Below are positions 20,303 to 32,200 of a stretch of DNA of 64,000 nt, piece after piece; the first letter of the stretch is position 1; every line of letters begins with the position of its first letter. The position numbers and the translations under genes are program-made. The DNA is from Candidatus Babeliales bacterium (GTDB lineage: Bacteria > Babelota > Babeliae > Babelales > JANWKD01). The notes beneath the pieces are model-generated. The model saw only the letters and a list, made by a program, of their open reading frames with translations, had not been told where the DNA came from and did not search any database. The stretch lies in assembly GCA_963701665.1 (NCBI GenBank), contig OY969622.1:800001-864000 (forward strand), read 5' to 3'.

Positions 20303-21727
20303 TCATTTTTTTTCTTTTTTTAGACATTGTAGCACTCGTTTTTTAAGTACACTTTTATCATGAATATTTTCATCAAGTTGAATTTTGTACGCTTCTTTTA
20401 CTAATGTTCCCATGAGCGGCCCTGGCTCAATTTCCGGCATCAGATCTTTTCCTTGCAAAATTTTTGCTTCAACACCAAGATACGCGTGTGCCTTTTTTGC
20501 GTTACGAATAAACTCATCGACTTCAGGTAGCGCGTGTTTCAAAGGCCCATTTTTTTTTGGGTTGCGCGCTCGTTTATCAGCAACAACAAGTTTTGCGAGC
20601 GTTTCAAGTGTTATTTGAGGTGATAATGTCAATGCGAGGCGTTTATATGCTTTACTGCTTGCGTTTCCAGCAACAAGCTGCAAAGGATACATATGCGCAC
20701 GCACCAGCTTTGCAACCGATTGAATAATCACTTGTGTATTCATAATTCTTTTTAATAATTTTTTTGCCAAAGCAACACCGGCTATTTCATGCCGATAACT
20801 GGTAATAGCACCATCTTTGATAACGGTTGTTTTTGCTTTCCCCAAATCATGACATAACGCCGCATACATAATAATGAGTTTTTCTAGTTCAGAATCGTAG
20901 GAAAGCTCTGCTGCAGCATCTATTGCTTGCTTAGTATGTTCATAGACATCGCCTTCAGGATGCCATTTAGGGTTTTGTTTAACCCCTTTCAATGCAGCAA
21001 CCTCGGGAAGCACATCCGTTAATCGTTTAATCTTGTCTAACCAATCAAGCGCACGCGACGGATGCATTGATTTTAATAATAATTTTTTAAATTCACTTTC
21101 AATACGTTCGCGAGAAACTTTTGAAATATCCATTTTTTTGCATAATGCATTCAACATATGATCAGGCGACATTTCAAAACGTCCAACAAATTGCATAACA
21201 CGAAAAAAACGCAAAGGATCTTCGCCAAAAGTTTTTTTGTTGGTCGCTCGTAAAATACCTTTTTTTAAATCTTGTAAGCCATGAAATGGATCAACAAGCT
21301 CACATGTAATCAGATCGATACCCATTGCATTCATGGTAACATCACGACGCTCAAATGCTTTTTTAATATCCATGAGTGGATCAAGCGTTACTTGTGGCTT
21401 GCGCCCCGCTTTATCAGAACGAGGGATTGACCAATCAATGTCGAGCGTTTCCAAGCGAAGAACGCCGTACGCTTTGCCTACATAATTCACACGCCCAAAT
21501 TTTTGTAAAATTTTTTCAAGCTGCGCTAATTGAAGGCCATGAACTTCAATATCCAGATCTTTCACGGGTAAACCAAGCATAAGATCACGCACGGCACCGC
21601 CAACTAAATAAGATGCACCGCCAGCTTCATGAATATCTTGAATAATCGCCAAAAGAGATGCATGTTTGCTCAGGAGATTTTTTAATTTTTTTTGTATCGT
21701 TATACTAACTTTTGTAAACTTCACCAT
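20303..21727 (-). CDS. cca: CCA tRNA nucleotidyltransferase with HD domain
   Basis: VGGAVRD, DLDIE, RRDVTMNAM, EDPLR, HPEGDV, LCHDLGK. Confidence 0.92.
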   Translation of the reverse strand: MVKFTKVSITIQKKLKNLLSKHASLLAIIQDIHEAGGASYLVGGAVRDLMLGLPVKDLDIEVHGLQLAQLEKILQKFGRVNYVGKAYGVLRLETLDIDWSIPRSDKAGRKPQVTLDPLMDIKKAFERRDVTMNAMGIDLITCELVDPFHGLQDLKKGILRATNKKTFGEDPLRFFRVMQFVGRFEMSPDHMLNALCKKMDISKVSRERIESEFKKLLLKSMHPSRALDWLDKIKRLTDVLPEVAALKGVKQNPKWHPEGDVYEHTKQAIDAAAELSYDSELEKLIIMYAALCHDLGKAKTTVIKDGAITSYRHEIAGVALAKKLLKRIMNTQVIIQSVAKLVRAHMYPLQLVAGNASSKAYKRLALTLSPQITLETLAKLVVADKRARNPKKNGPLKHALPEVDEFIRNAKKAHAYLGVEAKILQGKDLMPEIEPGPLMGTLVKEAYKIQLDENIHDKSVLKKRVLQCLKKEKK

Positions 21728-21764
21728 GTATTCCTTTAACTAACCTTTTTTTAGAAAGTATGCT

Positions 21765-22553
21765 ATGAAATTAGGATTTTTTATACTGAGCGCATTATCA
21801 TTAAGTACCTACGTGCAGTATACACAAACTGTCGACTTTACTCTAAAAGGTATCACAACTTGGATTACGGGAATAAAAGAAGAACCTGTCATCAAAGAAT
21901 CATTTTTTGATTTTGATGGCACGGTCATCCTTGAAAATAATAATCAAGGAACCGTAACGGTAAAAACATGGAGTTTGCCAAAAATTGCACTCGAAGCAAT
22001 AAAAAAAGCGCCAGAAAAAGATCTTGAAGCTCTCGCAATCATCATGGATGTCCACAACAATAAAGCTACCATAACATCAACATTAAAGAACACTCGTTCT
22101 TCAATCGATTATCATCTCATGGTACCTTTCAAAACGAACGTTACCATTAAAAATAAAGGTCCTATAAAAATTAAAAATGTCGAGGGAAATATTATCGCAA
22201 CATCTTCTGAAAATGCACTCGTTATTCGCGGTGCTGCTGCTGATGTCACAGCGCGCGCTCAAGGAGAAGTTAACCTATCGTTCTTATCACTACCACTCGA
22301 CACGACAGTCAATGCAACGAGTTTAAAGAGTTCTATTACGCTTGGATTACCAAAAGATATTCATGCCAATGTGTACGCAAAAACAATGTATAATATGGTG
22401 CATTCAGATCATTATATTATGTTGAATCCTATAACAGTTTTGCTCAATAAACAAACATGGAATCGGTTACAGCGCGAGATAACAGGAATGATTGGCAATG
22501 GAGGCGCCCATCTTTTCTTGAACGCCTATAATGGGATCACCATAACGTGGTAA
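21765..22553 (+). CDS. Exported DUF4097-like beta-strand repeat protein
   Basis: Signal-like N-terminus; LENNNQGTVTVKTW, IDYHLMVP, GPIKIKNVEGNI pattern. Confidence 0.6.
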   Translation: MKLGFFILSALSLSTYVQYTQTVDFTLKGITTWITGIKEEPVIKESFFDFDGTVILENNNQGTVTVKTWSLPKIALEAIKKAPEKDLEALAIIMDVHNNKATITSTLKNTRSSIDYHLMVPFKTNVTIKNKGPIKIKNVEGNIIATSSENALVIRGAAADVTARAQGEVNLSFLSLPLDTTVNATSLKSSITLGLPKDIHANVYAKTMYNMVHSDHYIMLNPITVLLNKQTWNRLQREITGMIGNGGAHLFLNAYNGITITW

Positions 22554-22564
22554 AACGCAGTACC

Positions 22565-23872
22565 TTATGATACTGCGCACCATGTTGATGATTTTTCAGG
22601 AACAAGATAAGGCTGCAAAATAGCTGCTAATATGGGCTTATTCTGCATAAGATTCTTAACAGCTTCTTTAACAAGCGAAGGTGCTTTATTGAGTTGAACT
22701 TTTTCATCAATAGTTATCATCTCGAGCAACCATCGCAAGGTTAACGCATCTTCGATTGATAATTTTTGTATATCTGGTTGTAAATCTGGATTTGTTATAT
22801 GCCATTTTTCAACGATTCTTTGATAGGCCATAGTCTTATCACAGATCAACTGATTTTGACTGTCGTACCCTACTGCCTTCTGGGTAGTATACTTTTTAAT
22901 ATTTTCAAGTGAAGCAGCATCCCATATTTGTATTAACCATTTTTTTGTATCTAGTAATGATGATGTTACTAAGTTTGCACCATTTGGTGAGAATGAAACA
23001 GAATGTGCTGGCCCTTGTGAAGTAGCCAGCAATTGACACTTTTGTGTCGCTAAATTCCAAAGGCGTACAATTTTGTCTTCCGTTGCGACTGCTAATATCT
23101 TGTTAGAAGGGGAAAAACGTAATGCAGTAACACATTTTCTGCTTGCGAATTCCGCAATCATACTATCTTCTTGTATACTCCATACAACCACTTTAGAACA
23201 ATTATTCATAGCAAGCGCTATAAGTGATTTATCATCTGAGAAAACGAAGTGTGATGGCGAATTATTTTTTATTTCATCAATAAGTAATTTAGGTAATGTA
23301 TGACTAGCATTAAAACCGTATTTTTTTGCCATTGTTGAAGCAACAAACAAAGACATTTCTGCTGGCATCGTGTCTGAGGGTGGCGCAGTAAATGTTTGCG
23401 TAATTTTAAGCATTTTTTCAAGATGCGTAGTATTAAATTCTTTTATGAGAACATTACTCAACAAATCTGAAGCTATGTTCATAAGAGTACAACAGTCTAA
23501 ATAGTTAGCTGTATTTAATAAAGGTATCAGTGCGTTTAACGATAGTTTTTTTGCTGCGAGGAAAGCTTTGCATTTTTTAAGTATTTCTTCTTTAGATAAA
23601 GTTTTTGATTGTTGAACTAAAAAGTCACTTAATTCTTTAATAATAGACATCTCGCGTGAAGTAACAACATCTGATACTACCAAAGGATTTTGAGTTGTGT
23701 CATCACAGTCTGCGATCATATGAGTAAGTAGTTTTGATTCTTGTATGGTTTCATCGGTAAAGGTAAATTTTCCACCGTCTCGCGTTTCCACCACTATTTC
23801 CATAGCAGAAAGTGAGAATGCGGTATTTATGAGAAACAACATTAAATTTTTTATTACTTTTTTACTAAGCAT
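22565..23872 (-). CDS. Secreted Skp1/BTB-like + WD40 protein with C-terminal CaaX
   Basis: Signal peptide; Skp1-like IVVETRDGGKF...ESKLLTHMIAD...LLNTANYLD; WD40 repeats (VTALRFSP..LAVATEDKIVRLWN, SVSFSPNG..IQIWD); ends CAVS. Confidence 0.8.
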   Translation of the reverse strand: MLSKKVIKNLMLFLINTAFSLSAMEIVVETRDGGKFTFTDETIQESKLLTHMIADCDDTTQNPLVVSDVVTSREMSIIKELSDFLVQQSKTLSKEEILKKCKAFLAAKKLSLNALIPLLNTANYLDCCTLMNIASDLLSNVLIKEFNTTHLEKMLKITQTFTAPPSDTMPAEMSLFVASTMAKKYGFNASHTLPKLLIDEIKNNSPSHFVFSDDKSLIALAMNNCSKVVVWSIQEDSMIAEFASRKCVTALRFSPSNKILAVATEDKIVRLWNLATQKCQLLATSQGPAHSVSFSPNGANLVTSSLLDTKKWLIQIWDAASLENIKKYTTQKAVGYDSQNQLICDKTMAYQRIVEKWHITNPDLQPDIQKLSIEDALTLRWLLEMITIDEKVQLNKAPSLVKEAVKNLMQNKPILAAILQPYLVPEKSSTWCAVS

Positions 23873-24105
23873 TATATCTCCTTTTTATCTAATTTTTGCT
23901 TATCTCCCTAGCATCAAATAATGTCATAAATAAGCTTATCAAATACAGAAAATATGTCAATATGAAATTATTTCTACTGGTTTACAGGGATAAAATACCC
24001 TAAAATTCAATGCCATATTTATGCGTTTTTTATGAATAAATATAAATAAAATATGTAGAGTTGCTGCTCATTTGTTCATAGAATTATTTCAATTCACCCT
24101 GAACA

Positions 24106-24359
24106 TAATTAACGTGAATTCGATATATAAAAACATAAATTTAGCCTAAGAAAATAATGTTAAAATCAGAATTGTCATTGCGAACCTACGTAGCTTTTAG
24201 CGGAGTAGGTGTGGCAACCCAGATAATAAAATTAATTCATTAAAAAAGGAATTTATTAAAGTTCTGGGTCACCACGTCACTACGTTCCTCGTGATGACAT
24301 TTCGAGATATTTTTGTCGGTAATAAGTCGATAATTTTTTTATCGAATTCACGTTAATTA
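24106..24359. mobile_element. Non-autonomous MITE-like element with 20-bp terminal inverted repeats, containing a nested REP-like element
   Basis: TAATTAACGTGAATTCGATA (24106-24125) and its exact reverse complement (24340-24359); no transposase inside. Confidence 0.65.
24173..24299. repeat. TGTCAT...ATGACA palindromic element
   Basis: TGTCATTGCG...GGCAACCCAG, AT-rich core, CTGGGTCACCACGTC...CTCGTGATGACA. Confidence 0.8.
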
Positions 24360-24469
24360 GGATAAAAGGCGTATACTTCTTGCCGGTTCAAAATTCTGTT
24401 GCTATTTTTTTTATTAACCTTCTACTATATAAAAAAATTCGATGGAGTAAAAAATAGGAAAGGAACTTA

Positions 24470-27400
24470 ATGAAGCGATCCCCCGTTTTCTACATTATTA
24501 TATTGGGCGCTCTATTTTGCACTTCAGCGATTTCGGCTTCCACAGATATAATGCACCATCCAGATTTCAGTACTGATATTATAGTTGATAAAGACTGTAA
24601 ACAGTTTATCCAAGATATTATCAAAGAAGCACTCATTGATAATACGTATGAACAGCTTTCCGAGGGATTATTACATTGTTACGAAAGAATTCAATGCGAT
24701 CCTGAATGTTGCACATTACCCCTTAATGATCTTATAGATGCCTTCCCTGAATTAGTTGCAAAATTAAAAGAGAAGCTTAAAGCTCCCCGCCCTCCTCAGG
24801 GCAATCATGCTATTGTTGGCAGCAATACCATTGATTTTGGATCTCTTATAGCATTACTAATACGATTAGAATTTCTGATCAATCAACTAGCGCAACAACA
24901 AAGCTCTTGCTGTAGCCAGATACTCTCTGACTTTCAGCAAACATGGTCTATCCTTGATCATCTCTCATTTACTACTACGGTGGATCTTTCTTCCGTGTTT
25001 ACGGCGCTCAATGCATGCTGCTCAAATATAACCTCGGAATTCCAACAAACATGGACCATCCTTGATCATCTCTCACTTACTATTACGGCGGATCTTTCTT
25101 CTGTGTTTACGGCGCTCAATGCATGCTGCTCAAACATAAATTCTGAATTCCAACAAACATGGACTATTTTAGCCGGTCTTTCACTAACTGCTACCGTTGA
25201 TCTTTCTTCTGTGTTTACGGGGCTCAACGCATGCTGCTCAAACATAAATTCTGAATTCCAGCAAACATGGACTATGTTAGCCGCCGGGTTTAATGGTACC
25301 TTCAGTACACTTAATAGTTTTAATACCACTGTTACCACAGATTTTTCATCAACCTGGACAATTATCAATACCGGATTCAATGGAACTTTCTCTGCGCTCA
25401 ATGCATGCTGCTCAAACATAAATTCTGAATTCCAACAAACATGGACTATTTTAGCTGCTGATTTCAATGGCACATTCTCTGCAATTAATGCGATCAACAC
25501 TAATGCAAATAACACGTTCACCGTAATCGCAGATCTAAAAACTACGGTGACCAATGACTTTGCTGCAACATGGACAATTATTAATGCTGGATTCAATGGA
25601 ACCTTCTCTGCGCTCAATGCTTGTTGCACGAATATAAATTCTGAGTTTCAACAAACTTGGACGATCTTAGCTGCTGATTTCAATGGCACATTCTCCGCAA
25701 TCAATGCGATCAACACTAATGCAAATAACACGTTCACCGTAATCGCAGATCTAACAACTACGGTGACCAATGACTTTGCCGCAACATGGACAATTATTAA
25801 TGCCGGATTCAACGGCACCTTCTCTGCACTCAATGCTTGCTGCACGAATATAAATTCCGAATTTCAACAAACATGGACAATTTTAGCCGCTGATTTCAAT
25901 GGCACATTCTCCGCAATCAATGCGATCAACACTAATGCAAATAACACATTCACCGTAATAGCAGATCTAACAACTACGGTGACCAATGACTTTGCTGCAA
26001 CATGGACAATTATTAATGCTGGATTCAATGGAACCTTCTCTGCACTTAATGCTTGCTGCAACAATATAAATTCCGAATTTCAACAAACATGGACTATCTT
26101 AGCTGCTGATTTCAATGGCACATTCTCTGCAATTAATGCGATCAACACTAATGCAAATAACACGTTCACCGTAATCGCAGATCTAAAAAACACTGTTACC
26201 AATGACTTTGCTGCAACATGGACAATTATTAATGCCGGATTTAATGGAACCTTTTCAGCGCTCAATGCTTGTTGCACGAATATAAATTCTGAGTTTCAAC
26301 AAACATGGACTATCTTAGCTGCTGATTTCAATGGCACATTCTCCGCAATCAATGCAATAAGCATAGATGCAAATGGCACCTTCTCTGCACTGGCAGATTT
26401 AAAAAATACAATCACCAATGACTTTGCTGCAACGTGGACAATTCTTAATGCTGGATTCAATGGAACTTTCTCTGCGCTCAATGCTTGCTGCACAACTATA
26501 AATTCTGAGTTTCAACAAACCTGGACTATCTTAGCTGCTGATTTCAATGGCACATTCTCCGCAATTAATGCGATCAACACCAATGCAAATAACACATTCA
26601 CCGTAATCGCAGATCTAACAACTACGGTGACCAATGACTTTGCTGCAACGTGGACAATTATTAATGCTGGATTCAACGGCACCTTCTCTGCACTCGATGC
26701 TTGTTGCAACAACATAAATTCTGAGTTTCAACAAACGTGGACTATCTTAGCTGCTGATTTCAATGGCACATTCTCTGCAATTAATGCGATCAACACTAAT
26801 GCAAATAACACGTTCACCGTAATCGCAGATCTAACAACTACGGTGACCAATGACTTTGCTGCAACGTGGACAATTATTAATGCTGGATTCAATGGCACGT
26901 TCTCTGCACTCAATGCCTGTTGCACAACTATAAATTCCGAATTTCAACAAACATGGACTATCTTAGCTGCTGATTTCAATGGCACATTCTCTGCAATTAA
27001 TGCGATCAACACTAATGCAAATAATACGTTCACCGTAATCGCAGATCTAAAAACTACGGTGACCAATGACTTTGCTGCAACATGGACAATTATTAATGCT
27101 GGATTTAATGGAACCTTCTCTGCACTCAATGCTTGTTGCAACAACATAAATTCTGAGTTTCAACAAACATGGACCATCTTAGCTGCTGATTTCAATGGCA
27201 CATTCAGTATGCTTTCAAATCTTTCTACTGCAGTGACCAATGACTTTGCTGCGACCTGGACCATTTTAGCTGCTGGCTTTAATGGAACCTTCAGCGCAAT
27301 TAATGCCATCACGCTTGATGCAAATGGCACCTTTAGCGCACTATTAGATTTGAAAAATACTATCACTAATGATTTTGCTGCAACGTGGACAATTTTAAAC

Positions 27401-29158
27401 GCTGAGTTCAATGGAACGTTCTCTGCACTCAATGCTTGTTGCACTAACATCAATTCTGAATTCCAACAAACATGGACTATCTTAGCTGCCGGATTTAATG
27501 GCACATTCAGCACACTCGCTACTATTCCTGGCGATTTTAACGCTACATGGACTATTTTGGCCTCTGGCTTTAATGGAACTTTCACAGCGCTCAATGCTTG
27601 TTGCACTAACATCAATTCCGAATTCCAACAAACTTGGACTATCTTAGGTGCTGGTTTCAATGGGACTTTCAGCACACTCGCTACTATTCTTGGCGATTTT
27701 AACGCTACGTGGACTATTTTAGCCTCTGGCTTTAACGGCACCTTCTCGGCACTCAACGCCTGTTGCACTAACATTACTTCTGAGTTCCAACAAACTTGGA
27801 CTATTTTAAATGTCTTAACCGAAAACCTTTCAAATCCGGTTATGATTACGCAAGCAAATTTTGGAACAGCAGGTGGAACGCCCTATATCATTTCAACGTC
27901 TGGCGTATATAGGTTGGGTAGCAATGTTGTTTTCACACCATCTATAACAACTACTGCTATACTTATTACGACAACCAACGTTGTCCTTGATCTACAACTC
28001 TTCACATTAAGCCAAGGAAATACCACCACGGGCGTGAATGCTATCGTCGTTAGTTCTGGTATGACCGATGTGTATATTCAAAATGGCACAATAAAAAACT
28101 TCACACGTTCTGCAATATCATTCCAAGGGAACAATCGAAGAGTAGGAATTGATCAAACCACCACCGTATCATGTGCGGTGCGCGGCATCGAGTTAATCTC
28201 ATCGAGCGCACCGAGCCAAAATGTTATCATTCAAAATTGCAATGTATACAATTGCTCAACAGCAGCAACCGCCGATAATGCATTAATTTTACAATCATGT
28301 AATAAAGGAATAATAAAGGATTGCACATTGAATGGTAATGGTGTTAATTCAAATACCATAAATGTACTTAATTTTAATAGCTGCATTGAATTTATTGTGT
28401 CAGATATCAGTATGTATGAAAATACTGCCTCTTCGCTCAACTGCATATCATTAGATAGCACGTCTTCACTTAATTACTTTGATAACTGTATCATGATGAA
28501 TAATCAATCCATTAATACTCTCAATGGGTTTACTATTTCTAGCAACGCCAATATTTTTAACAATTGCATCGTCAATGGAAATATAAGTTATTCGACAAAT
28601 ACCAGTCCTCTAAACGGATTCAATATAGCGGGATCTTTCAATACAATGACTAACTGCGCAGTATCCTTTAATCAAACACCAGTGCCGACAAGTTCGACGA
28701 CAGTTGCCCCTATTAATGCTTTTGACTTAAGCGGATCTGAAAACATCCTATCTAATTGTCAATCAATATTCAACCAGGCCAACAGTCGTTTTGAGGGATG
28801 TTTTATCTCTACTACGAGCAATATCATCGATCACTTTATAGCCGCTAATAATATAGGTTTCTTAGGTGTCTGTGCTGGCATTTTCATTAACAGCGCCTCA
28901 GCTGTTAACAATATAGTAAGGAATTGTTTATTCGTAAATAATCTTGGTTATACTACTGTGAGTGGACAACCCACCAATGGTTTCGGACTAGATAATGCGG
29001 CTACGGGATATTTAATCTATGACAATGTTGCGTATATAAATCAAACTACACAAATTTTTGGTGTCGCTGCAGGATCTTTAACAACGCCAACAGCACCAGC
29101 ATCACAAAACTTGGCAGCTGTTACAGGTGCCTGGACTAATTTAGCACTCGCTGCTTAA
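24470..29158 (+). CDS. Giant secreted repeat protein 1 (Cys-Cys coiled-coil-like stalk + beta-helix-like head)
   Basis: Signal peptide; 216-nt/72-aa repeats (NACC..INSEFQQTWTIL..FNGTF); Asn/Cys-rich beta-helix-like C-terminal domain; AAGGA RBS. Confidence 0.9.
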   Translation: MKRSPVFYIIILGALFCTSAISASTDIMHHPDFSTDIIVDKDCKQFIQDIIKEALIDNTYEQLSEGLLHCYERIQCDPECCTLPLNDLIDAFPELVAKLKEKLKAPRPPQGNHAIVGSNTIDFGSLIALLIRLEFLINQLAQQQSSCCSQILSDFQQTWSILDHLSFTTTVDLSSVFTALNACCSNITSEFQQTWTILDHLSLTITADLSSVFTALNACCSNINSEFQQTWTILAGLSLTATVDLSSVFTGLNACCSNINSEFQQTWTMLAAGFNGTFSTLNSFNTTVTTDFSSTWTIINTGFNGTFSALNACCSNINSEFQQTWTILAADFNGTFSAINAINTNANNTFTVIADLKTTVTNDFAATWTIINAGFNGTFSALNACCTNINSEFQQTWTILAADFNGTFSAINAINTNANNTFTVIADLTTTVTNDFAATWTIINAGFNGTFSALNACCTNINSEFQQTWTILAADFNGTFSAINAINTNANNTFTVIADLTTTVTNDFAATWTIINAGFNGTFSALNACCNNINSEFQQTWTILAADFNGTFSAINAINTNANNTFTVIADLKNTVTNDFAATWTIINAGFNGTFSALNACCTNINSEFQQTWTILAADFNGTFSAINAISIDANGTFSALADLKNTITNDFAATWTILNAGFNGTFSALNACCTTINSEFQQTWTILAADFNGTFSAINAINTNANNTFTVIADLTTTVTNDFAATWTIINAGFNGTFSALDACCNNINSEFQQTWTILAADFNGTFSAINAINTNANNTFTVIADLTTTVTNDFAATWTIINAGFNGTFSALNACCTTINSEFQQTWTILAADFNGTFSAINAINTNANNTFTVIADLKTTVTNDFAATWTIINAGFNGTFSALNACCNNINSEFQQTWTILAADFNGTFSMLSNLSTAVTNDFAATWTILAAGFNGTFSAINAITLDANGTFSALLDLKNTITNDFAATWTILNAEFNGTFSALNACCTNINSEFQQTWTILAAGFNGTFSTLATIPGDFNATWTILASGFNGTFTALNACCTNINSEFQQTWTILGAGFNGTFSTLATILGDFNATWTILASGFNGTFSALNACCTNITSEFQQTWTILNVLTENLSNPVMITQANFGTAGGTPYIISTSGVYRLGSNVVFTPSITTTAILITTTNVVLDLQLFTLSQGNTTTGVNAIVVSSGMTDVYIQNGTIKNFTRSAISFQGNNRRVGIDQTTTVSCAVRGIELISSSAPSQNVIIQNCNVYNCSTAATADNALILQSCNKGIIKDCTLNGNGVNSNTINVLNFNSCIEFIVSDISMYENTASSLNCISLDSTSSLNYFDNCIMMNNQSINTLNGFTISSNANIFNNCIVNGNISYSTNTSPLNGFNIAGSFNTMTNCAVSFNQTPVPTSSTTVAPINAFDLSGSENILSNCQSIFNQANSRFEGCFISTTSNIIDHFIAANNIGFLGVCAGIFINSASAVNNIVRNCLFVNNLGYTTVSGQPTNGFGLDNAATGYLIYDNVAYINQTTQIFGVAAGSLTTPTAPASQNLAAVTGAWTNLALAA
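25430..27810 (+). repeat. Intragenic 216-bp tandem repeat (about 8 full units plus shorter variants); equivalent arrays in the three paralogs
   Basis: The period is visible directly and in antisense shadow ORF boundaries 25648, 25864, 26080, 26296, 26512, 26728, 26944, 27160. Confidence 0.95.
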
Positions 29159-29215
29159 AAGGAGATAAACACCATGGAACGTATTTCTCTTTTTAACATG
29201 TAGAAAAGGAACTTA

Positions 29216-32200
29216 ATGAAGCAATCCCTCGTTTTCTATACTATTATAATGGGTGCTCTATTTTGCACTTCAGCAATGCCAATTTCGATGGATATGCTGT
29301 ATCAGCAAGACTTTACTCCTGATATTATTATTGACAGCGAATGTAAAAAATTCATTCAAACTATTATTGAAGAAGCGCTCATTGAAAATACGCAGGAACA
29401 ACTTTCTGAGGGATTATTAAAATGTTACGCAACAATTCAACGAGACCCTGAATGTTGCACGTTACCGCTTAATGATCTCATAGACGCTTTCCCTGAATTA
29501 GTAGCAAAATTAGAAGATAAACTTAAAGCCCCTCGTCCACAACAAGGCGGTCATGCTATTGTTGGCGGCAACACCATTGATTTTGGACCCATTATAGCCT
29601 TATTACTACGGCTAGAATTTCTCATCAATCAAATAAACCAAAGCTCTTGTTGTAACCAGATACTTTCTGACTTTCAGCAAACATGGACAATCCTTAATCA
29701 TCTTTCATTTACAACTTCCGTTGATCTTTCTCCTGTATTTACCGCACTCAACGCATGCTGCTCAAACATAACCTCGGAATTCCAGCAAACATGGACTATT
29801 CTTGCTAATCTCTCAGTTACTGCTACCGTGGATCTTTCTCCCGTGTTTACGGCGCTTAATGCATGCTGCTCAAACATAACCTCGGAATTCCAACAAACAT
29901 GGACTATACTAGCCAATCTCTCGATTACTGCCACAGTGGATCTTTCTTCTGTGTTTACAGTACTCAATGCGTGCTGCTCAAATATAAATTCTGAATTTCA
30001 ACAAACATGGACTATCTTAGCCTCCGGATTTAATGGAACTTTTAGCATACTTTCAAATCTTACTACTAGTACTGCCGATTTTGCTGCAACATGGACAATT
30101 TTAAATGCCGGATTCAATGGAACTTTCTCTGCGCTCAACGCATGCTGCTCAAACATAAATTCTGAATTCCAACAAACATGGTCAATTTTAGCTGCTGATT
30201 TTAATGGAACTTTTAGCACTATCGCAAACATTAATGTCGAAACAAATGGTACTTTTACTGCAATTGCTGATTTAAAAAACACTATCACCACAGACTTTGC
30301 TGCAACGTGGACAATTTTAAACGCTGGTTTCAATGGAACCTTCTCCGCTCTCAATGCTTGTTGCACAACTATAAATTCTGAATTTCAACAAACATGGTCA
30401 ATTTTAGCTGCTGATTTCAATGGAACTTTCTCCGCAATCAATGCAATAAACACAGACGCAAATGGCACCTTTAGCGCAATTGCTGATTTAACAACTACTA
30501 TCACCAATGATTTTGCTGCAACGTGGACTATGCTTAACGCTGGTTTTAATGGCACCTTCTCTGCTCTCAGCGCATGTTGCACAACTATAAATTCAGAATT
30601 CCAACGAACATGGACTATTTTAGCCGCCGGCTTTAATGGAACTTTCTCTGCAATCAATGCAATTAATATTGATGCAAATGGCACCTTCACTGCCTTAGCA
30701 GATTTAACAACTACTATCACCAATGACTTTGCTGCAACGTGGACTATGCTTAACGCTGGTTTTAATGGCACCTTCAGCGCACTTAACGCATGCTGCACGA
30801 ATATAAACTCTGAGTTTCAACAAACATGGACTATTTTAGCTGCTGATTTCAATGGCACATTCTCTGCAATTAATGCCATCACTTTTGATGCAAATGGTAC
30901 CTTCTCTGCGATTGCTGATTTGAAAAACACTATCACCAATGATTTTGTTGGTACGTGGACTATTCTTAACGCTGGATTCAATGGAACCTTTTCTGCACTC
31001 AATGCTTGCTGTACAACTATAAATTCTGAATTCCAACAAACGTGGACTATCCTAGCTGCTGATTTCAATGGCACATTCTCTGCAATTAATGCCATCACTA
31101 TTGATGCAAATGGCACCTTCTCTGCAATTGCTGATTTGAAAAACACTATCACTAATGACTTTACTGCAACATGGACAATTCTTAATGCTGGATTCAATGG
31201 GACTTTCTCTGCGCTCAACGCCTGTTGCACAACTATAAATTCTGAATTTCAACAAACTTGGACTATCCTAGCCGCCGGGTTTAATGGTACATTCTCTGCA
31301 ATTAATGCCATCACTATTGATGCAAATGGCACTCTTACTGCGTTAGCAGATTTAAAAAATACTATCACTAATGATTTTGCTGCAACATGGACAATTCTTA
31401 ATGCTGGATTCAATGGAACCTTCTCTGCACTCAATGCTTGCTGTACAACTATAAATTCTGAATTCCAACAAACGTGGACTATCCTAGCTGCTGATTTCAA
31501 TGGCACCTTCAGCGCTATCGCAAACATTATTCCCGAAGCAAACGGTACTTTCACTGCATTAGCAGATTTAAAAAATACTATCACCAACGACTTTGCTGCA
31601 ACGTGGACAATTCTTAATGCCGGCTTTAATGGAACTTTCAGCGCACTCAATGCCTGCTGCACAACTATAAATTCTGAATTTCAACAAACATGGACAATTT
31701 TAGGCGCTGGTTTCAATGGAACTTTCAGCGCTATCGCAAACATTAATGCCGAAGCGAATGGTACTTTTACTGCGTTAGCAGATTTAACAACTACTATAAC
31801 CAATGACTTTGCCGCAACGTGGACAATTCTTAATGCTGGATTCAATGGAACTTTCTCTGCGCTCAATGCTTGTTGCACAACTATAAACTCCGAATTTCAA
31901 CAAACATGGACTATCTTAGCTGCTGGTTTTAATGGAACTTTTAGTATACTTTCAAATCTTACTACTACGGTGACCAATGATTTTGCTGCAACGTGGACTA
32001 TTTTAGCTGCTGGATTCAATGGAACTTTCAGCGTTATCGCAAACATTAATGCTCAAGCAAATGCTACTTTTACTGCCTTAGCAGATTTAAAAATTACTAT
32101 CACCAATGATTTTGCTGCAACATGGACAATTTTGGCTGCCGGTTTCAATGGAACTTTCTCTGCACTCAATGCCTGCTGCACGAATATAAATTCCGAATTC

